Notes: generated from the sequence alone by a model not told the origin. Shown: positions 13,901-33,239, counted from the whole stretch's first letter. The stretch is 56,555 bases of DNA, filler included, from Catajapyx aquilonaris (GCA_000934665.2; 3 parts of 3 records of this genome joined end to end with filler, not necessarily neighbours in it), one strand, 5' to 3'. A program made the numbers and translations.

Positions 13901-16900
13901 TGCATTTCATGCGTAACAGACTGTGAGATTGATATGCCACAGATGTGACGTTTGCGGTGGGGAGGAATAATTTTATTCACAACCAATTTTTTTTTTGTTC
14001 TCTATTGTGTCACAATGTCCAGACAGATGCAATATTTTTGATGCTACGTACAGTGGTACAGCAAATATTCATTACTCTTACAGTTGGTGCTATGCGAAAC
14101 TGTCATTAAATGGAAGTGCGTAGCTTAACGGTGCATTTTGTAATTGAAAATGTTTTGCCCTCTCGACTCTCCTGTACAGAGACTCACTCTTGAAGATCCA
14201 TTTTCTGGCCTCGAAACATTTGTTTTCCGGAGGAGAAGATTGTGAAGTTTTGGTTTTGCAAGGCGGCATTGGCACTTCAAGTCTCCCGGAGAACACTGGA
14301 AATTTATTGCACAAAGGGAAATAAATATGGAACAAGGAATGCCTGGTGAAGAGCAATCTTGAATATTAACAAGTTATGCCGAGTGCGTGTTATATGCCTG
14401 CCATAAATCCTGCTTCTTGTTCTTCAAAGAAAAATTGCAGGGGGAAAAAAATGTGTGCAGGGTAATCCAAAAATATTCTTGCTATACATTTTGAAATAAC
14501 ACCAACTCTCGAGCAACAATGTTTCGCTGTAAAAGCATCTGATGTCGAAAGCTAGAACCTATTTAGATTTTAAGTGGCAACTATATAACCGGACATCCGG
14601 TTTATTGGAGCCATTTTGCAGCCTCTTTCTGTTATAACAAAGCGAACTGCTTGAGTCGATGAATTCATAAAACTATAAATCAGACAGCTTCTGCAGTCTA
14701 AGGGAGCCATCCTCTGCTGCTCTTTAGTATTCACCACACTCATGCACACTAATAGACTCGCATCATCATCAGAATTAGGGTTCTAGGGGTGAAGGGAGTG
14801 GCAAATAATTAGCATGATGCTGTTAACGGTAATGAGAAATTACGTGGACCTCGAATTACTTGCTCGTTTCCATGGGCGTCCAGGACCATGATTTGACTAA
14901 TAAGGACACTTTTATGTACACTGGTAGGTACATTGACTGTGGGGAGGTAAGGGAGTGCTGACACACCTCTTTGGCACTCACTTTTAATGTTGCCGTTTAA
15001 TCGCCGCAGTAGATTATCTGAAGAGTGTGCATAAAAGTGACGGCGTAAAGTCTGCTGCCAGGGGAAAAAATAATAATCGGAACGTGCGTGTTAATATTCT
15101 GAGTCATCAAATTTTACTGCACTTCATTAGCTCCTAGGGGGAAAGTAATTATTGAACTTGCAGCGAATTCATTTTCTGGCCCGGCGGGACATGACAACTG
15201 GGGCTGACATCTTCGGACAGGTATCATCCTCCCGTTATAATGTGCTGTAGCATATATTGGGTGCCCCTTTTATTGTGGGGTCCCATTATTGCCATATTGG
15301 CGATGACTTCATGTCACGTAGACAGACCTCATCTGTCGCTCACATTGCCTGACTCACTGATGTCTGCTTGACATATTACTGACATTTTACGTCGCAAAAC
15401 GTCGATGTAGAGGCTAAATGTCAAATGCAATGATGTACTCCTGAATATTAAACATCACATTATGTTTACATGTTTATTGGACACTGTATACACTGTCGTT
15501 TCAAATGGGATTCTTCTCTTCAAGATTTTAATGCCAGCAATCAGCAATGCCGTCTCCCTCTTTATTGACTTGGGCAGAGAACCACCCTGTATTATAGGTT
15601 CTCTTTCTTGGTTCGTACCACATTATTATCTCTCCACCGCAAAAAAAAAAGTGATCCTTCTTTAGTTCAACGTCCTGTAAATACAGGAGCACGGGACCTT
15701 TTCTGTAGATGTGTGCAGTCAAGGCTCCGGAAAATCGAATTCCGGGATCCAAATCAATGGGCAAATTCAAATCCGGGGAGTCTGGAGACTGCTCTTGCGG
15801 AACCACAAATTGGAGTCAGCGGACTCGAAAGAGTCTTCAAGGCACTCAAGCCCTTGTTAAATGTCTTTTAAGACCAAGCCTAATAGGCTGACCACATTTT
15901 TGTAAAAAAAAAAGCGAACAAATTTTTAGCTCCAGCAGTCGGATTTTCGAAGAGATAATTCCATACCCTCATTACTTTTTTTTACATCGTCTAAACACGG
16001 CTTAAAATACCGCCGTTTTCAAACGCAGACAACTGTGTGATGTCCAAAAGACAAGTGAAAGCAAGGGAGTTGACGATGCGGTTTTCAAAGTTTCCGGTGC
16101 TGAAAATGTTTGCTTGCGGCTTCTGTGCAAAGAACCCCTGGAGTTTCACAGCACGCTGCTAATTACACTTTGCAGTCAGACACCTCTTGTCAGCAAAGAG
16201 TTGGTGTTTTCTCAACCTGGTTGTTTTACAGCCATTACAACTCTCTTCACTTTATAATATGAGCCAGTGTAAGAAATTTTTGCAGGTATTCTCCCGCACA
16301 ACCTTTAGGCATCTTACCAGAGGCACAATTGTTGGTACATTAACATTATTTTCTCTACATTTTCTACAGTGAACCATCCTTCGGAAATTTGTGATTAGAT
16401 TTTGCATATCTGTCAGGATGTATCATAAACATATTCTTCCAGGCTTCATTCCTGACTCTCTTCCCTCCAGCAATTTCCATTACATTGAGCTCTTTGCATT
16501 GAAGCTGCAATTCGGCATAATCCATCGCCTGCAATAAAAAAAGACTAACCCTATACCCTCCTCTCCCCCATTCCATTTAAAACATTTGTTTTCCTCCGGG
16601 ATTTAATTTGTGGGGGAGTGAGGCATGCTGGTCATCCGCACGCTTCCCCCTACCCCCTTTCCAACCCTTCGGACACAATCCGCATAAGTACGTACAGGTC
16701 ATTTGCAGGGTACATAAATTATATCCCTATGCTGTTTTGTATAGTAGCCACTGGCAGCATTTTGAATCATGAGGAAATAATTGTTTCGGAAAAGGTTTTA
16801 TCACACACACTGACGTATTGCAATGTTGTATTATGCTATTTTTGCAGTGTTATATTCGCAAAATCGATATCAACATTTTAGAACAACTGTTACGGATTTT

Positions 16901-18788
16901 TGTCTGGTGAAATAGCAAATAAAAGCTAGTAATTTTAAGCCAGTACTTTGAAAATCACTTAACTTTGAGTGAAACAGTCACTTGCAGGGCTTCAACCTCA
17001 ACTGTTGAGTCAAGATCTGTCGCCGGTAAAGTTCTTGCTAAAGTTGACCTTTTCCTCAAGGAAGCCTTTAGCAAAGTCTCTAGCTTCTCTGAAGAAGAAA
17101 ACTATACGCCAGCTCGTCGGAAAACTTGACTCAAGTTTTGGCTTGCTCCTGCAGTATGCCGCCCGAGTTTCATCGGAATGAAATCCTAACCACAACCTGT
17201 CACAACAACATCCATTTGGGTCTCCCTTCCCTAAGTTTACGAGCTTTGAAACGTAAGACTGCACACCATCTCTCTTTTTCCTGCTGCGAGCGCTCTTTTT
17301 TTCTCTCTCCTCCCCACCCGCAAACACTCAGCACCGAATTAAGACAGTTCATTTGCTTTATGGATTCCCGAAGAAACCAATTGCTTTAACAGTGGCGAGT
17401 TCGAGTGTTGCGCAATGCATCACTCCAAGGCGCGCATAAGTCTAATAAAACTTGGGTTGAGTACAGATTGAGATATATGGCCGATAAGGAGAGAAAGAAG
17501 AAGAAAGCTATATTCTTACTCTCCAAGCAAAAGCTTGAAAAGGGCCAGACAGAGAAAGAGAGAGAAAATAGGGCGTATACCTTCAACCCAACCAGCCACA
17601 AATCACATTAACGAGTAGTTTCGTACTCATTTGACCAAACTTTATTTTCTAGGAATTGCAACGGAAACGCTTTTCTTATAGTGCTTTACGCGAATCTTCT
17701 CGTTTTGTATACAACTGTTGAACTTCCTTGGCCACCGATTGTCCACTTCTCTAACAGATGGCGCATCCTCCCTCTCTGTACACTCCTGCCACTATGGGTC
17801 GTGCGACTGGTAGTGGTACTATCAGCTCGGACAAACAAACGGAGATTATATGTACGATTAGGACCTGCCCATAGTGTTTGAGTAAAGATTTTGCAAGCCC
17901 CATTCTTGTCTCGAGCGCAGGATGAATTAAGCGAGAGGATAGTAGGGTTGATCCTACATTTCGAAGGTTTTCCCATGGTCGTGCTGGAATTACTACGGTT
18001 TCGTGATGGGGGATAGGGGGGGGGGGGGTTGCTCGGATGTTCCCTGGTTGCCTCATCCAGAACCGATAAATCTCCTTAATTTCGGGGGTCCCAGGTTGGC
18101 AGAGGCAGTGAATTCAGGAAACAGCGGGAGGCGGATCAGCAATTCCGTGCGGAAATCATTAAGTCTGCCTTTGAAGAGGCCATACTTTGATAGATTGGAC
18201 GAGTTGGGAAAGGGCGGAGTTTTATATTATACTGTAAATCAAGGCGGGATTTACCATGGCGAAATCTTCCGCCCCAAAATTGTTACCGGAAATAACGAGT
18301 TCTCGTTTCTTTTTTTCTCTCCCTATATACAGTGTCCCACGTGTCTGTTCAGGTTCCTTGAACTCACAGGGGTGTTGTCCGGGGGAGAGCGTCCCCCGGA
18401 TAGAAAAACAGGATCTCATTCCGGTGTAATGAGGCAGCCAAATCCTTCTGCTCACACAACGCGATTTTACGCCGCACTTTTGGCATGTAACTGCAAGTGG
18501 GAATCGGCATCAGGACCAGTTGCCATGGGATGCAATACTTGAGTGTTTTTTTTTCCGAGTCGAAAGTTGGCATTTTGCACCCAATTGTTGGATCAGTACA
18601 AGTGTCCGCAACATATTTGCAATTTGTTATCGGTTGTTACATGTCGGGATATCAGTTATCGACTCAGCTGCAGTTTTAGACATCACAAAACCCCCCCCGA
18701 CATACGATTCGGATCGAGTAATTCGGCCTTCCTCTTCAGCGGCAGTGGTGTTCAATGGCCGTGTACTTGCAGCACACGGGGCAACCTC

Positions 18789-18888
18789 NNNNNNNNNNNN
18801 NNNNNNNNNNNNNNNNNNNNNNNNNNNNNNNNTTAATTAATTAANNNNNNNNNNNNNNNNNNNNNNNNNNNNNNNNNNNNNNNNNNNN
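18789..18888. other. Artificial assembly linker / gap
   Basis: 100 bp: 44 N + TTAATTAATTAA (stop codons in all six frames) + 44 N. Confidence 0.97.
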
Positions 18889-18946
18889 TTGTAAACCGCT
18901 TCCCCCTCCTGATATGGGGTTACCCAAAAGGAGGTTAATAAACTAC

Positions 18947-19009
<63 letters not shown>
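18947..19009. repeat. (TAT)n microsatellite upstream of the first visible exon of cluster gene A
   Basis: Directly visible trinucleotide run. Confidence 0.95.
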
Positions 19010-19011
<2 letters not shown>

Positions 19012-19073
19012 TACCGGCAATTTAATGTTTGTAAGATAGTATACTGTACTTTGTATCGTTTCAATTTATACAG

Positions 19074-21188
19074 GAAGAAGAATTGGCCAGGCACAAGGGG
19101 GCGTATGAACGCGAAAGAAAAGAACTAGAACAAAAGATGACAGAAGTAAGAGGTAATCGAGATTTCTATTTCGATGAATGGAAAAAAGCCCGTGAAACTT
19201 ACCAAGCAGTTACAAACAATCACCTAAAGAGCGACTTGGAAAAAAACTCGATTATAAAAGATCTCAGTGTCAAAACCAATTACTTTCAAGAGGAATGCGC
19301 AAAATTGCGCCATTCATTGACGGACACGGAAGAAAAACTGCGCAGTGAGACGGACAACGCAATTTATTTTCATGGCAGGTACCAGAAGTCGCAGATTTCC
19401 CTCAGGGAAAAGGTAAGGTCCGGGTAATATGAATTGCCATTGTCAAAGTTTGAGAACACACACTGACACAACTGTTCCAGGAAGAAGAAGTGAAGCGTTT
19501 GACTACTCAGATTGAGTCTTGCAACAATAGTCTTCAACAAGAAAGAAACAACAATGACGAACTGCAGAAAATATATGAAGCTAAATTGTCAAAACTGCTT
19601 CAAGAGGTGGAAATAAGAGATTCTAAAATATCCGAACTGCTAGTGGCAAAGGAACAACAGGAAAACTATTTGAAATATTTGGAAAACTTGAATTCAAGCT
19701 TGCAAACCACAGTGAATGATTATGAAATGAGAATAAAGGAGTTGCTCACCACTATTGACCAAAAGAATGCTGAAATGGAAAGCATACAGCAGACATCTGA
19801 AGAGAAGATCAGTCTTCTGTCCAATATTACTAAGGAACAGAAGCAGACCATTGAAAATCTGAAGAGTGAAAATCAGAACCTGTCTATTAAAAAGAGTGCG
19901 CTTACAAGTATGTTGGAAAAGAAAGAAGGTGAACTCTCAGAGTGTAAGGACCATCTGAAGAGGAAAGACACTGAGATATCTGGTCTGAACAGGAGGCTGG
20001 CTGCAAAGGAGTCTGATCTGTCTGAAGTTAGACGAGAATTGTCTGTGGAGAAATCTAGGTGCTCTCACTGGAAGGAAATGGCATCTCAGAAGGACTCGGA
20101 AAACGAGCAGCTTGTTATGCAAATAAGCAAAGCAGAGACAGATCTAATGATTTTGGAGCGAGACTCTAAAGAATTGAAGAGTCGACTGGAAGAAGCTGGA
20201 AAAGACGCGGAGAAAAAGGTAAATAATATATTTTGAAAAAATTATAGCTAAGTTTGATTGATTAAAAAAATTGTATATAGAATGAGAAGTTGAAGGAGGC
20301 CAAAATGAAGATAACAGCATGTGAATCCAAAATTCATGATATGACCTTGAAGATGACAGGAAGCTGCGCAGAGAGTCACCTCATGAAGAGTGAAATTGAA
20401 AACTTAACCCAAAACCTAAAGGATGCACGCAACACGATCAAGAAAAAGGTTAGTGGGCAACACCATAAAATATTGGTTGGTGCAAGGGTCTTATTTTGTA
20501 CTAATACAGGAAGAAGAAGTTAAATGTGTGCAAAATCAGTTGAAGGAGAACGAAAAGAAACTTCGAGAGGAGGAACTGAGAAGAGCAAGAAATGACTACG
20601 ATAAGCCAGCCAGTGCTGCATCTGGACACCAAGAAATGGTAAATAGCATAGTAATGTATAGAAAAAAAATTACATTTTAATTTTTTTTAAACTAGATCTT
20701 GTTTTGTCATGTTGGGACGCTCAAAATATAGCTAACTTAATATCTTTAACTCTGTAGTCTCAGAAGGTCAATGTGGACAAAGGTATAGTCAGCAGCTTGT
20801 CATTGAACGTCGAGGCTTACCGACAAGGCTGTACCGAGACAAACACTTATTGCATCAAGCTTCCAATCAAGTACCAGGTGCCTACAGTCGACATGGTAGC
20901 CAGTAAGCTGCTTCCTTTGCTGAAATGGAAGGACCATGCTGGAAAGGTGATTTCTACATGGAAAGAACTGCAGCAAGGAGGATACTCACTGTATTGGGAA
21001 GGTTAGCATTTTCTCATGTTCTAACTAAATTGTTCGTACAATATTTTTCATACACAATTCCATCAATGCTTTCAGAGAACGTTCCTGATCCTGAAATGAT
21101 AGCACTGGACGATGGGGTGGTCAGGACAGCATTCAACGACTGGCTGCAAGAAGACGTCGTTACTTTGAAGCTGATGTACGTGACGTGA
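19074..21188 (+). CDS. Cluster gene A: long coiled-coil protein with C-terminal PB1/ubiquitin-fold-like domain (5' end missing, >=576 aa)
   Basis: GT-AG exons 19074-19412, 19481-20218, 20281-20448, 20510-20638, 20758-21001, 21076-21188(TGA) join in frame. The body is E/K/L/Q-rich with heptad character. C-terminus: SLSLNVEAYRQG...LQQGGYSLYWE|ENVPDPEMIALDDGVVRTAFNDWLQEDVVTLKLMYVT. AATAAA at about 21388. The domain call is by eye only. Confidence 0.85.
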
Positions 21189-22407
21189 ATTGTGTATTTT
21201 TTTTTACAGTGCGCCACAAAATAATAACAGGTTGAAGACTTGCAGTATTATAGCATTGAACAGTCATCAGTATGTTTGGAAGAATCGGGAGTAAGTGTGA
21301 ACAACTAATCTTCAACACCTGGATTCCGTATCATATGAAGTATTTTACAAGAAGTATGGGCAGACTGTATTGCAACATATTCAGAGCAATAAAAAAAACA
21401 TAATGTCAATGTAATTTGCTTTTTATGTCTCGACTGATATGACCTGGGCACATGAGCAACATGCTGTACAGAAAAAGATAACAATTATCACGGTTCAATT
21501 TTCCTTGTGTGATACTTGGAAGTTCGCGATACAGATTTTATCTGGCCGTACATATATGTGTGCCTGTGGCTACCAATTCAACAATGAGACGTAAAAAACT
21601 CTCAACAATATAAGTCAGTATCTTCACCTGACACTTGTTCATGTCATATTTGAATAATATATTAAACGCAATGAGTCCGCCCACGGCATGTTGCAGTGAC
21701 CTCGAGCGTAGACTTTCCGCAAGTCAACATAGTCAACAGAGGAGTATAGGCCTATATATTGCCGTGTAATTTTTAAAAGTGCAAATATTGACATAACCAT
21801 TGTTGGCGTGATCACAAGTAGTTACAATAATAGCAAAGAAAAACAACGGAAACAATAGTTGCTGGAGTCATTTGAGACTTCAGAAAATCTGAGCAAAATT
21901 TTTAATTCCCATGCTACAAAGCTCTATAGTGACACTTTTCAAGTGGGAAAATGTTTCCAGAATAATTTGGGGACTACTGAAACCATGTCACAATATAATG
22001 TATTGTCCAACATCTGCAGGGTGATTCATAATTCTAAGAATTCGTGCCTCTCACTGTCAGTGCCATTGTCCTCAGAGACTGCAATAATATTATCTGGATA
22101 GAATTTTCTCCCATTCATGTAGGCGTGTGAAAGAAGTATGCAGAGAGAAATATTGTGCCGCTTGACACGTGTGGACGTGTAATGAGACCCATGGTACCAG
22201 GCGGTGTTGTGTGATCCGGTTTCGAAGGGCAGAAAAGGAGAGAAGGAAATGTTCATATGTCTTTGCCTCGAGTTCCAATGACTGCATTGCTCCAGCATCC
22301 ATTCCATTGTGTCTTCGAGTCGAAGAAGGTTGGTCTGCCTGTTTGCTTGTCGATGCTGCTAATTCGAGTCAACAACAACACCACCACCAACAACAACACC
22401 AACAACC

Positions 22408-23259
22408 ATGTCCGATGAGCAGGCAAATAAGTGAGTTTCCAAGAAAGTGCAAACTGTTGGATTAAGAAAAAAAAGGAGTTGATGTTTACCATTGTTTGTT
22501 TATGTGATCACAGTGGTTAAACTTAAATGTAATTATTTAAAAGGTGTTTCTCAATAACGTTCCTGAATGATGTTTGCAGTACATGTAATTATATTTTGTC
22601 GTTTATCTTCAGCATTCCATCAGATGAAGTTCCTGGACAAGAGGACATGCGTGATCCAAATGAACAGATGCAGCAGGTATTATTATTATTATTCTTATTC
22701 TTATTCTTATTCTTATTCTTATTCTTATTCTTATTATTATTATTATTATTATTAGGAGTCGACCTACAAGGAGGCGTACAAGATGTTCTTTGAGAGAGAG
22801 CTGAACTCTTTGCTAGCCCGAGCTCATCAGGTTGGGGATGATTGCGCTGCACTGAAATCACTGATGCAGCATCATGGACAAGAAGCACGAGTATCACGAG
22901 GAGTACAAGAGTCACCATCACGAATTGAACCGACTCCTCTAGCTAGCAGCTCGATGGTATTTTTAAATAAAATATACATAAATCATAAGGGGGAATTCAG
23001 ATCAAAATCAGCAATAGTGCAACTTCGCATTAGTGAGAAAGTTATTTTTTTTCGTTTAAGTGACATTTGTGTCAAACTATGTTATTATTGAATGTCATTG
23101 TTTCAGGCTTCGTCTGCTGGACCAACAACAGATGAGAAGAAGAAGCAGAAAGAAAAGCCAATGTTCGAAGATTCAGCTACTCTTCCTGAGCAGCTCTTGG
23201 TGGTCTCACAGATCATTGCCAGCATGGAGGCTTTGCCTAAGCCGGATGACAAGAATTAA
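22408..23259 (+). CDS. Small 4-exon gene of unknown function (146 aa), sharing 5' exon layout with the cluster family
   Basis: Exons 22408-22430, 22613-22676, 22756-22956, 23107-23259(TAA) are all GT-AG and in frame: MSDEQANNIPSDEVPGQEDMRDPNEQMQQESTYKEAYKMFFERELNSLLARAHQVGDDCAALKSLMQHHG...EQLLVVSQIIASMEALPKPDDKN. Confidence 0.7.
22678..22754. repeat. Compound (TAT)n/(TATTCT)n microsatellite filling almost a whole intron
   Basis: Visible between donor GT (22677) and acceptor AG (22754-22755). Confidence 0.95.
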
Positions 23260-24416
23260 TATTCCATTACAACAATGGCTGCAAAGCTTTGTTGGCGTGT
23301 AGTTGTGATCCTGTTGCTTGAGGCAGACTGAAAACCAATACAATATTATTGTTGAAGTACAATCATCAGGATTATTCATTTATATGAGCAGGTTTCTCTA
23401 GGTTTATTTTATATTTTAAACTGAACAGCAATTTGTGGGAAACGGTGTAATTAGAATATTCTGAAACATGTAGGATTCACCGCAAATTGACTTCTGACCA
23501 AATTATGTGGATTTTTAAATAATAATAAAGCATATTATATTTTGGAAGGAGTAAACTCATTTTTGAACGGGGAGGTTCCATATTCCGAGCCAAAAAAATT
23601 AGTTTCACAGTACGTCGAAGTCTAGTTGCACACACAATTTTTGAGATTTTTTTTTCTAAGTGAACACTGCATAAATTGTCTTCCATTGGAAGTTGATATA
23701 AATTTTAACCGTTGACCCGTTTCATTTGGATTTAATTACCAGCCATGAATCTCGTAAAGTGTGTTGCACGTCACCATTCTCTCTGTACGTGTGTCATGGA
23801 GGTGAAAATAAATCAGTTTTTATCGGACGAGTCTTCCCGAAGACGACATTTGATATCTAACCTTGTCCTTGGGTACATATCCAGCTGGACATGCAGTTCG
23901 AGTGTGCAAAAGTCAGCATAAACCTGCGAGTGGGCGGAAGAAAAAAAGCTGTTTGTTCTTTCGAGAGTTACTTGTGCCTGACACCAAGATTTTTGCTCGT
24001 TGGGATTTATTTTTGCAGCCATTGTTTGCGAAACATTTGCTTAGATAAGCGAGCATCCTGGGAGTGACTCATCATCATAATATGATGATGAATATAAGTA
24101 CATTAACTTGGTACGTACATACACTCAAGCTTCGATCACGAGTCCAGTTACATTTGTTGCAGAAAGAAAACGATTACAATATTTCTGTAGAATTTTTTTC
24201 TAACCTTTTCAGCATGTCACACGAGCCGGCTTTGTTGCTCTATTGTTATCCATTGCTTGATTTAAAAATCAGGCGTCTCAGCTAGAAATATATTTTTAGA
24301 AATGCACCAGTATAATAATACGGTAACAGTTTTACATGACAGTATACGACCTCTACATAGATAAGATAGATAGATAAGACACCAGGTAGGGCAATGTACT
24401 TTTGTTTCAAGGAGAG

Positions 24417-29382
<4,966 letters not shown>

Positions 29383-31270
29383 GTTGAACATAGTGTATTG
29401 CTAGTGTGCATGCCAAGCAATTTTGATAAGTAGGCCTACATATTATTATCCAGCCCATGTAAATGACTTTTTTTGCTCATTTTAAAATAATTACTTAGAT
29501 TGGGATACTGTATCACATCAACTTAATAATAATCAGGTTCAATAATTGCAGTTATCACATTGCTATTTCTTCGTACGTTACCCGATTGATAAAATAATGC
29601 CTATACAGATGTTTAGTTAATGACGGATGGTGCAGTGTCAGAAACACATCTCATTTGAAGTGTAATGTGCGGTTCATCATGTTTTGGTTTTAATGCAATA
29701 AAGTTGAGACGTTTGGAATATTGGACTTTTCATTAGTAAGGTGGAGCTGACGGGAAATAAAAACATTCTGAAAATATTCAGGGCAATGAAAATTATTCCA
29801 GTCATTCTACATTCTAAGAGAATATTTTTACTGCAACGTGGTACAGGTAAGTACGGTACAACACGTCGTTAGTCTGTACTTACACCAGATACGTATATTA
29901 AGTATTTGCAATTTGCATCGCAGTGTCATTTACGTCCAAGCCAATAATTTCCATCAGGTTTGTACAGTCTATAATAGAATAATAATAATATTGACAGTCC
30001 TAGATCCTGTTTACTTCTCCAAGATTGTATAATATTTGCAATTAAAAATAATCAATAAATGCAATGATGGCAAGAATCCTTTCACCAGACCACTTCCAGA
30101 GTATTTATTTTAATAATATATTTTTAAGCAATTGCCTCATTTATCCATCCGTTGAAAAGGTTGAGAAAACAGGACGCCATACGTATAAATGTCGGGGTGG
30201 TTATCCACCTGCCAATCAATTGCTGATGATAATATTGATAACAATGCAACAATAGATGAATCAGGCTTCCAAGAAGCTGCTGAAATAGAATAATCGTAAT
30301 CTGGGGATAAGAGAAGGACATGGAGTCTAATTCCATTGATTACAACAATATAGGCTTACAAAAAGTAAGCTTACTGCACAAGCAGCAATTTATTGTCAGA
30401 TGTATCCGCAGCAAAGAGGATAAAATTGCTCTAGAAAGACAGAGATTGTGCTCATTAATTTTGTCATTTTCATTGCAAAGGAAATTAATATACTGTACAT
30501 TCTTACACCGGAAGTGCTCTGGCTTCACTGTACTTTATCTAAATACAGAGTTAATGCTCCTGTAATGTACGAATATAAAAAATAAAGTAATAATAACCAC
30601 ATCCTATACTTTTCCAAACGGATAATAATTTTTTAATCTCAAGTCACGGGTTATCTCAAATGCAGCGGGGGATTTCCCCGTTGTCAGCCTTGAAAACATC
30701 TTGTTGGTGTCAGCTAGTTTTTCCGACTTCAAAGAAATGAATTAACACAAATGATAGCTAATTACGGCGCTAGTTTAATAGTTTAGTGAGGTAGGATGGA
30801 TTTCGCGTTACTTTTTTTAAAAAAATCTCGATGATAGGAAAGGCATTACGGAGACATTATTTTTACCTGAGTTGAGTGGACTCGTGACTGCTGATAAATG
30901 ATAACAATAAGTTTCTTAGCGTAGGATTAAACTCGAATATTTTCACTACTGCTGGATTTCCTGATTGGGATTACAATTTTTTTAAATACATGCAGTAGTT
31001 TGTTGCATATGTAAAATGTATGTCAACTGAAATACAATAATAATAGGAGTTGATGTAGCACTTTGGTTTAACATGTATGTGACGTAGGCCTATCACAAGC
31101 CATTCTCCACGTGAGAGATAAGAAGACAGATAAGGCATTTCTTCATGGAGCATAAGGGGTAGTGGGAACCAGACCATTGTCTGGCGCCTGTGGAAACAAA
31201 GGACGTGTTCCTCTCTGGTCAAGGATAATTATTTTTCTTACTAACAAGTGAATTGACATCTGCCGATAAC

Positions 31271-33239
31271 ATGGCGGAAGAAGCGGCACAAAAGTGAGTG
31301 TGTTCTTTGAATAAATTACACTCAGAAATTGTTTTCCAATATTTTTATCAGTGCTCCAACAGCTGCTAATGAACCCAATGATGAGAGTACAACCCAACAG
31401 CAATTTGAAACACTGTTGCGAGACAAAGAAGAAGAGATTATGAGCAAGGTATTAGTATTGTTGTTACGTTGTTATCACTATTAAAATATTATTATTATTA
31501 TACTGACAGAATGTGGAGATTGTGACTTTAAAGGACCTTCACAAGGGAGAGATAGCCAGGCTGAAGAACCAGTTGGAAGAATCTGAGTCCATAAATGCTG
31601 AACTGCAATCAAAAGTTATGGAACAGGACACAATGATCACTGAGTTGAAACACTATGCGCAGGTGATAGAAGAGGCTAAGGAGGTATGTCACTCTCTGGA
31701 TAAAACATGTTCAATCAACAATATTTTAATGACGCACCAGTAGCGTATGCCCTAGAAAAGGTTTAGTTCAGAACTAATTTAGGGTTGGATTCTTCAACAT
31801 TTTGGGCAGATCAGAGTTGACATTAGGTTAGTTTGGTAACATGGCAGCACTTTGAAGCTAACTAGTTGGAGTATAACATATAACTTGAGACCATTTTTTT
31901 CTCTTGTGTCCAGACTTCTGCTCGAACTAAAGAGAAGAAATGGGAAGAAGAATCTTTGAATGAAGAAAAGGCTACCTTCCGGGAGAAGATCAGATCCCTG
32001 GAATTAACAATCTCCCAACAGCAGAATGATCTTCTAAAGCGTGAAATGACAGTCGCCGTTTTGGAGAACAACATGATACACAAGGACAATAAAATAGGCG
32101 AACTGCAGAAGGAAATTGAAAACAAGGTAAAAAATTCCTCTCTCTGCCGTACATCTTTCCATTTAAAATTGCTGTTGCAATTTTTTTATATTGACAGAAC
32201 CGGAAGCTGGAGAGTCGAAAGTTCGAAAAGAAAGAATTGCAAAATCGGGTGACACAGATGCAGAACGAACTCATGAAAAAGGAAGTATCAGTGATGTTTA
32301 TTGATTCGGAAATAAAGAGAAAAACCGAGACTCTAGACGAGATGAAAGAAAAGGCTGAATCCAGGGTGAGAGTCCATTACTTTCATATTTCCACATCAGT
32401 AATTTTTTTATAAATATAAATGTTATGAACGTGACTTCAGGAGAACGAATTGAAAGCAGCAGAAGCCGAACGCAAACGCACCGAGAAGGAGTTGCACCAA
32501 AAAGAACTTGAGAAAGTCAAACAAGAAGCTGAAGGAAAAGTGTTGCCTGCGAAGCAAGAGGTTGAACTTAAGCTTCTTCGTGACGCTAAGAAAGAGGTAA
32601 TGGTTCTGAATATTGCCAATTAAAGGACCATTATAAGTCTCCATAACTAACTTACAGGCTGAAAGTCGTTGCGAAAAGCTGATGGAGAGCTTTTCCCATT
32701 TCGCTTCTGCCGGACCAGCGTCGATCGGATACGGATTATCCGCACCCCGACGCTTGGAAGCTCTTCCGATCACGCAGGGACGCAAACCTTCCAAGCCTAA
32801 GCGTCTGCCTCAAATCATCGGAGCCATTTTCTATCCGAAAGGAAAGCCCGGAGTCCACCAGGAATTCGAAGGACCCACCAAAAACCATGAGGATTTGGAA
32901 GGATTTTTGGAGGAGATTTTCACACAGCACAACACGTTGATTCAGACCATCCCGATGCCTACGGAGCAGCGACGTTTGGAAGTCATACACAATGCTGGTT
33001 ATTCCATTCTTGCACCGAGTAAGTACAAGAGCTCTAAAATGTAAAAAAAAATCTTCTGAGCTTCTCCTTTTTTTCCAGATTTCAAAACTGATTGGTGGAT
33101 GAATATCGAGAGCTTTGATGACATTGTTGAGCTATGGGAAGAGAATAGTGAGGACCAGAAGATCTTCACTCTGTTCATTGTTCACCACGAAGAGCAACGT
33201 GACCGATGGAATGATGCTCTGTCCAAGCTGAAGAACTAG
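31271..33239 (+). CDS. Cluster gene C: coiled-coil plus C-terminal PB1-like domain protein (complete, 450 aa)
   Basis: Exons 31271-31293, 31352-31448, 31510-31683, 31914-32126, 32198-32365, 32441-32596, 32658-33018, 33079-33239(TAG) are all GT-AG and in frame. Starts MAEEAAQNAPTAANEPNDES; ends GYSILAP|NFKTDWWMNIESFDDIVELWEENSEDQKIFTLFIVHHEEQRDRWNDALSKLKN. AATAAA at 33532. Confidence 0.9.

Noticed and set aside
15528..15806. SPDSPDLN motif reminiscent of mariner SPDLNP
   Set aside because: No surrounding transposase similarity or TIRs seen.
12016..18542. ORFs of 100-180 aa (12270, 13385, 17010, 18003) as missing iGluR exons or new genes
   Set aside because: No iGluR motifs, no convincing splice context, and composition looks random.
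18833..18844. TTAATTAATTAA as a biological motif
   Set aside because: It sits symmetrically within N runs twice; an assembly spacer.
19074..20638. Calling gene A myosin, SMC or golgin
   Set aside because: Only generic coiled-coil composition; no motor, ATPase or GRIP domain seen.
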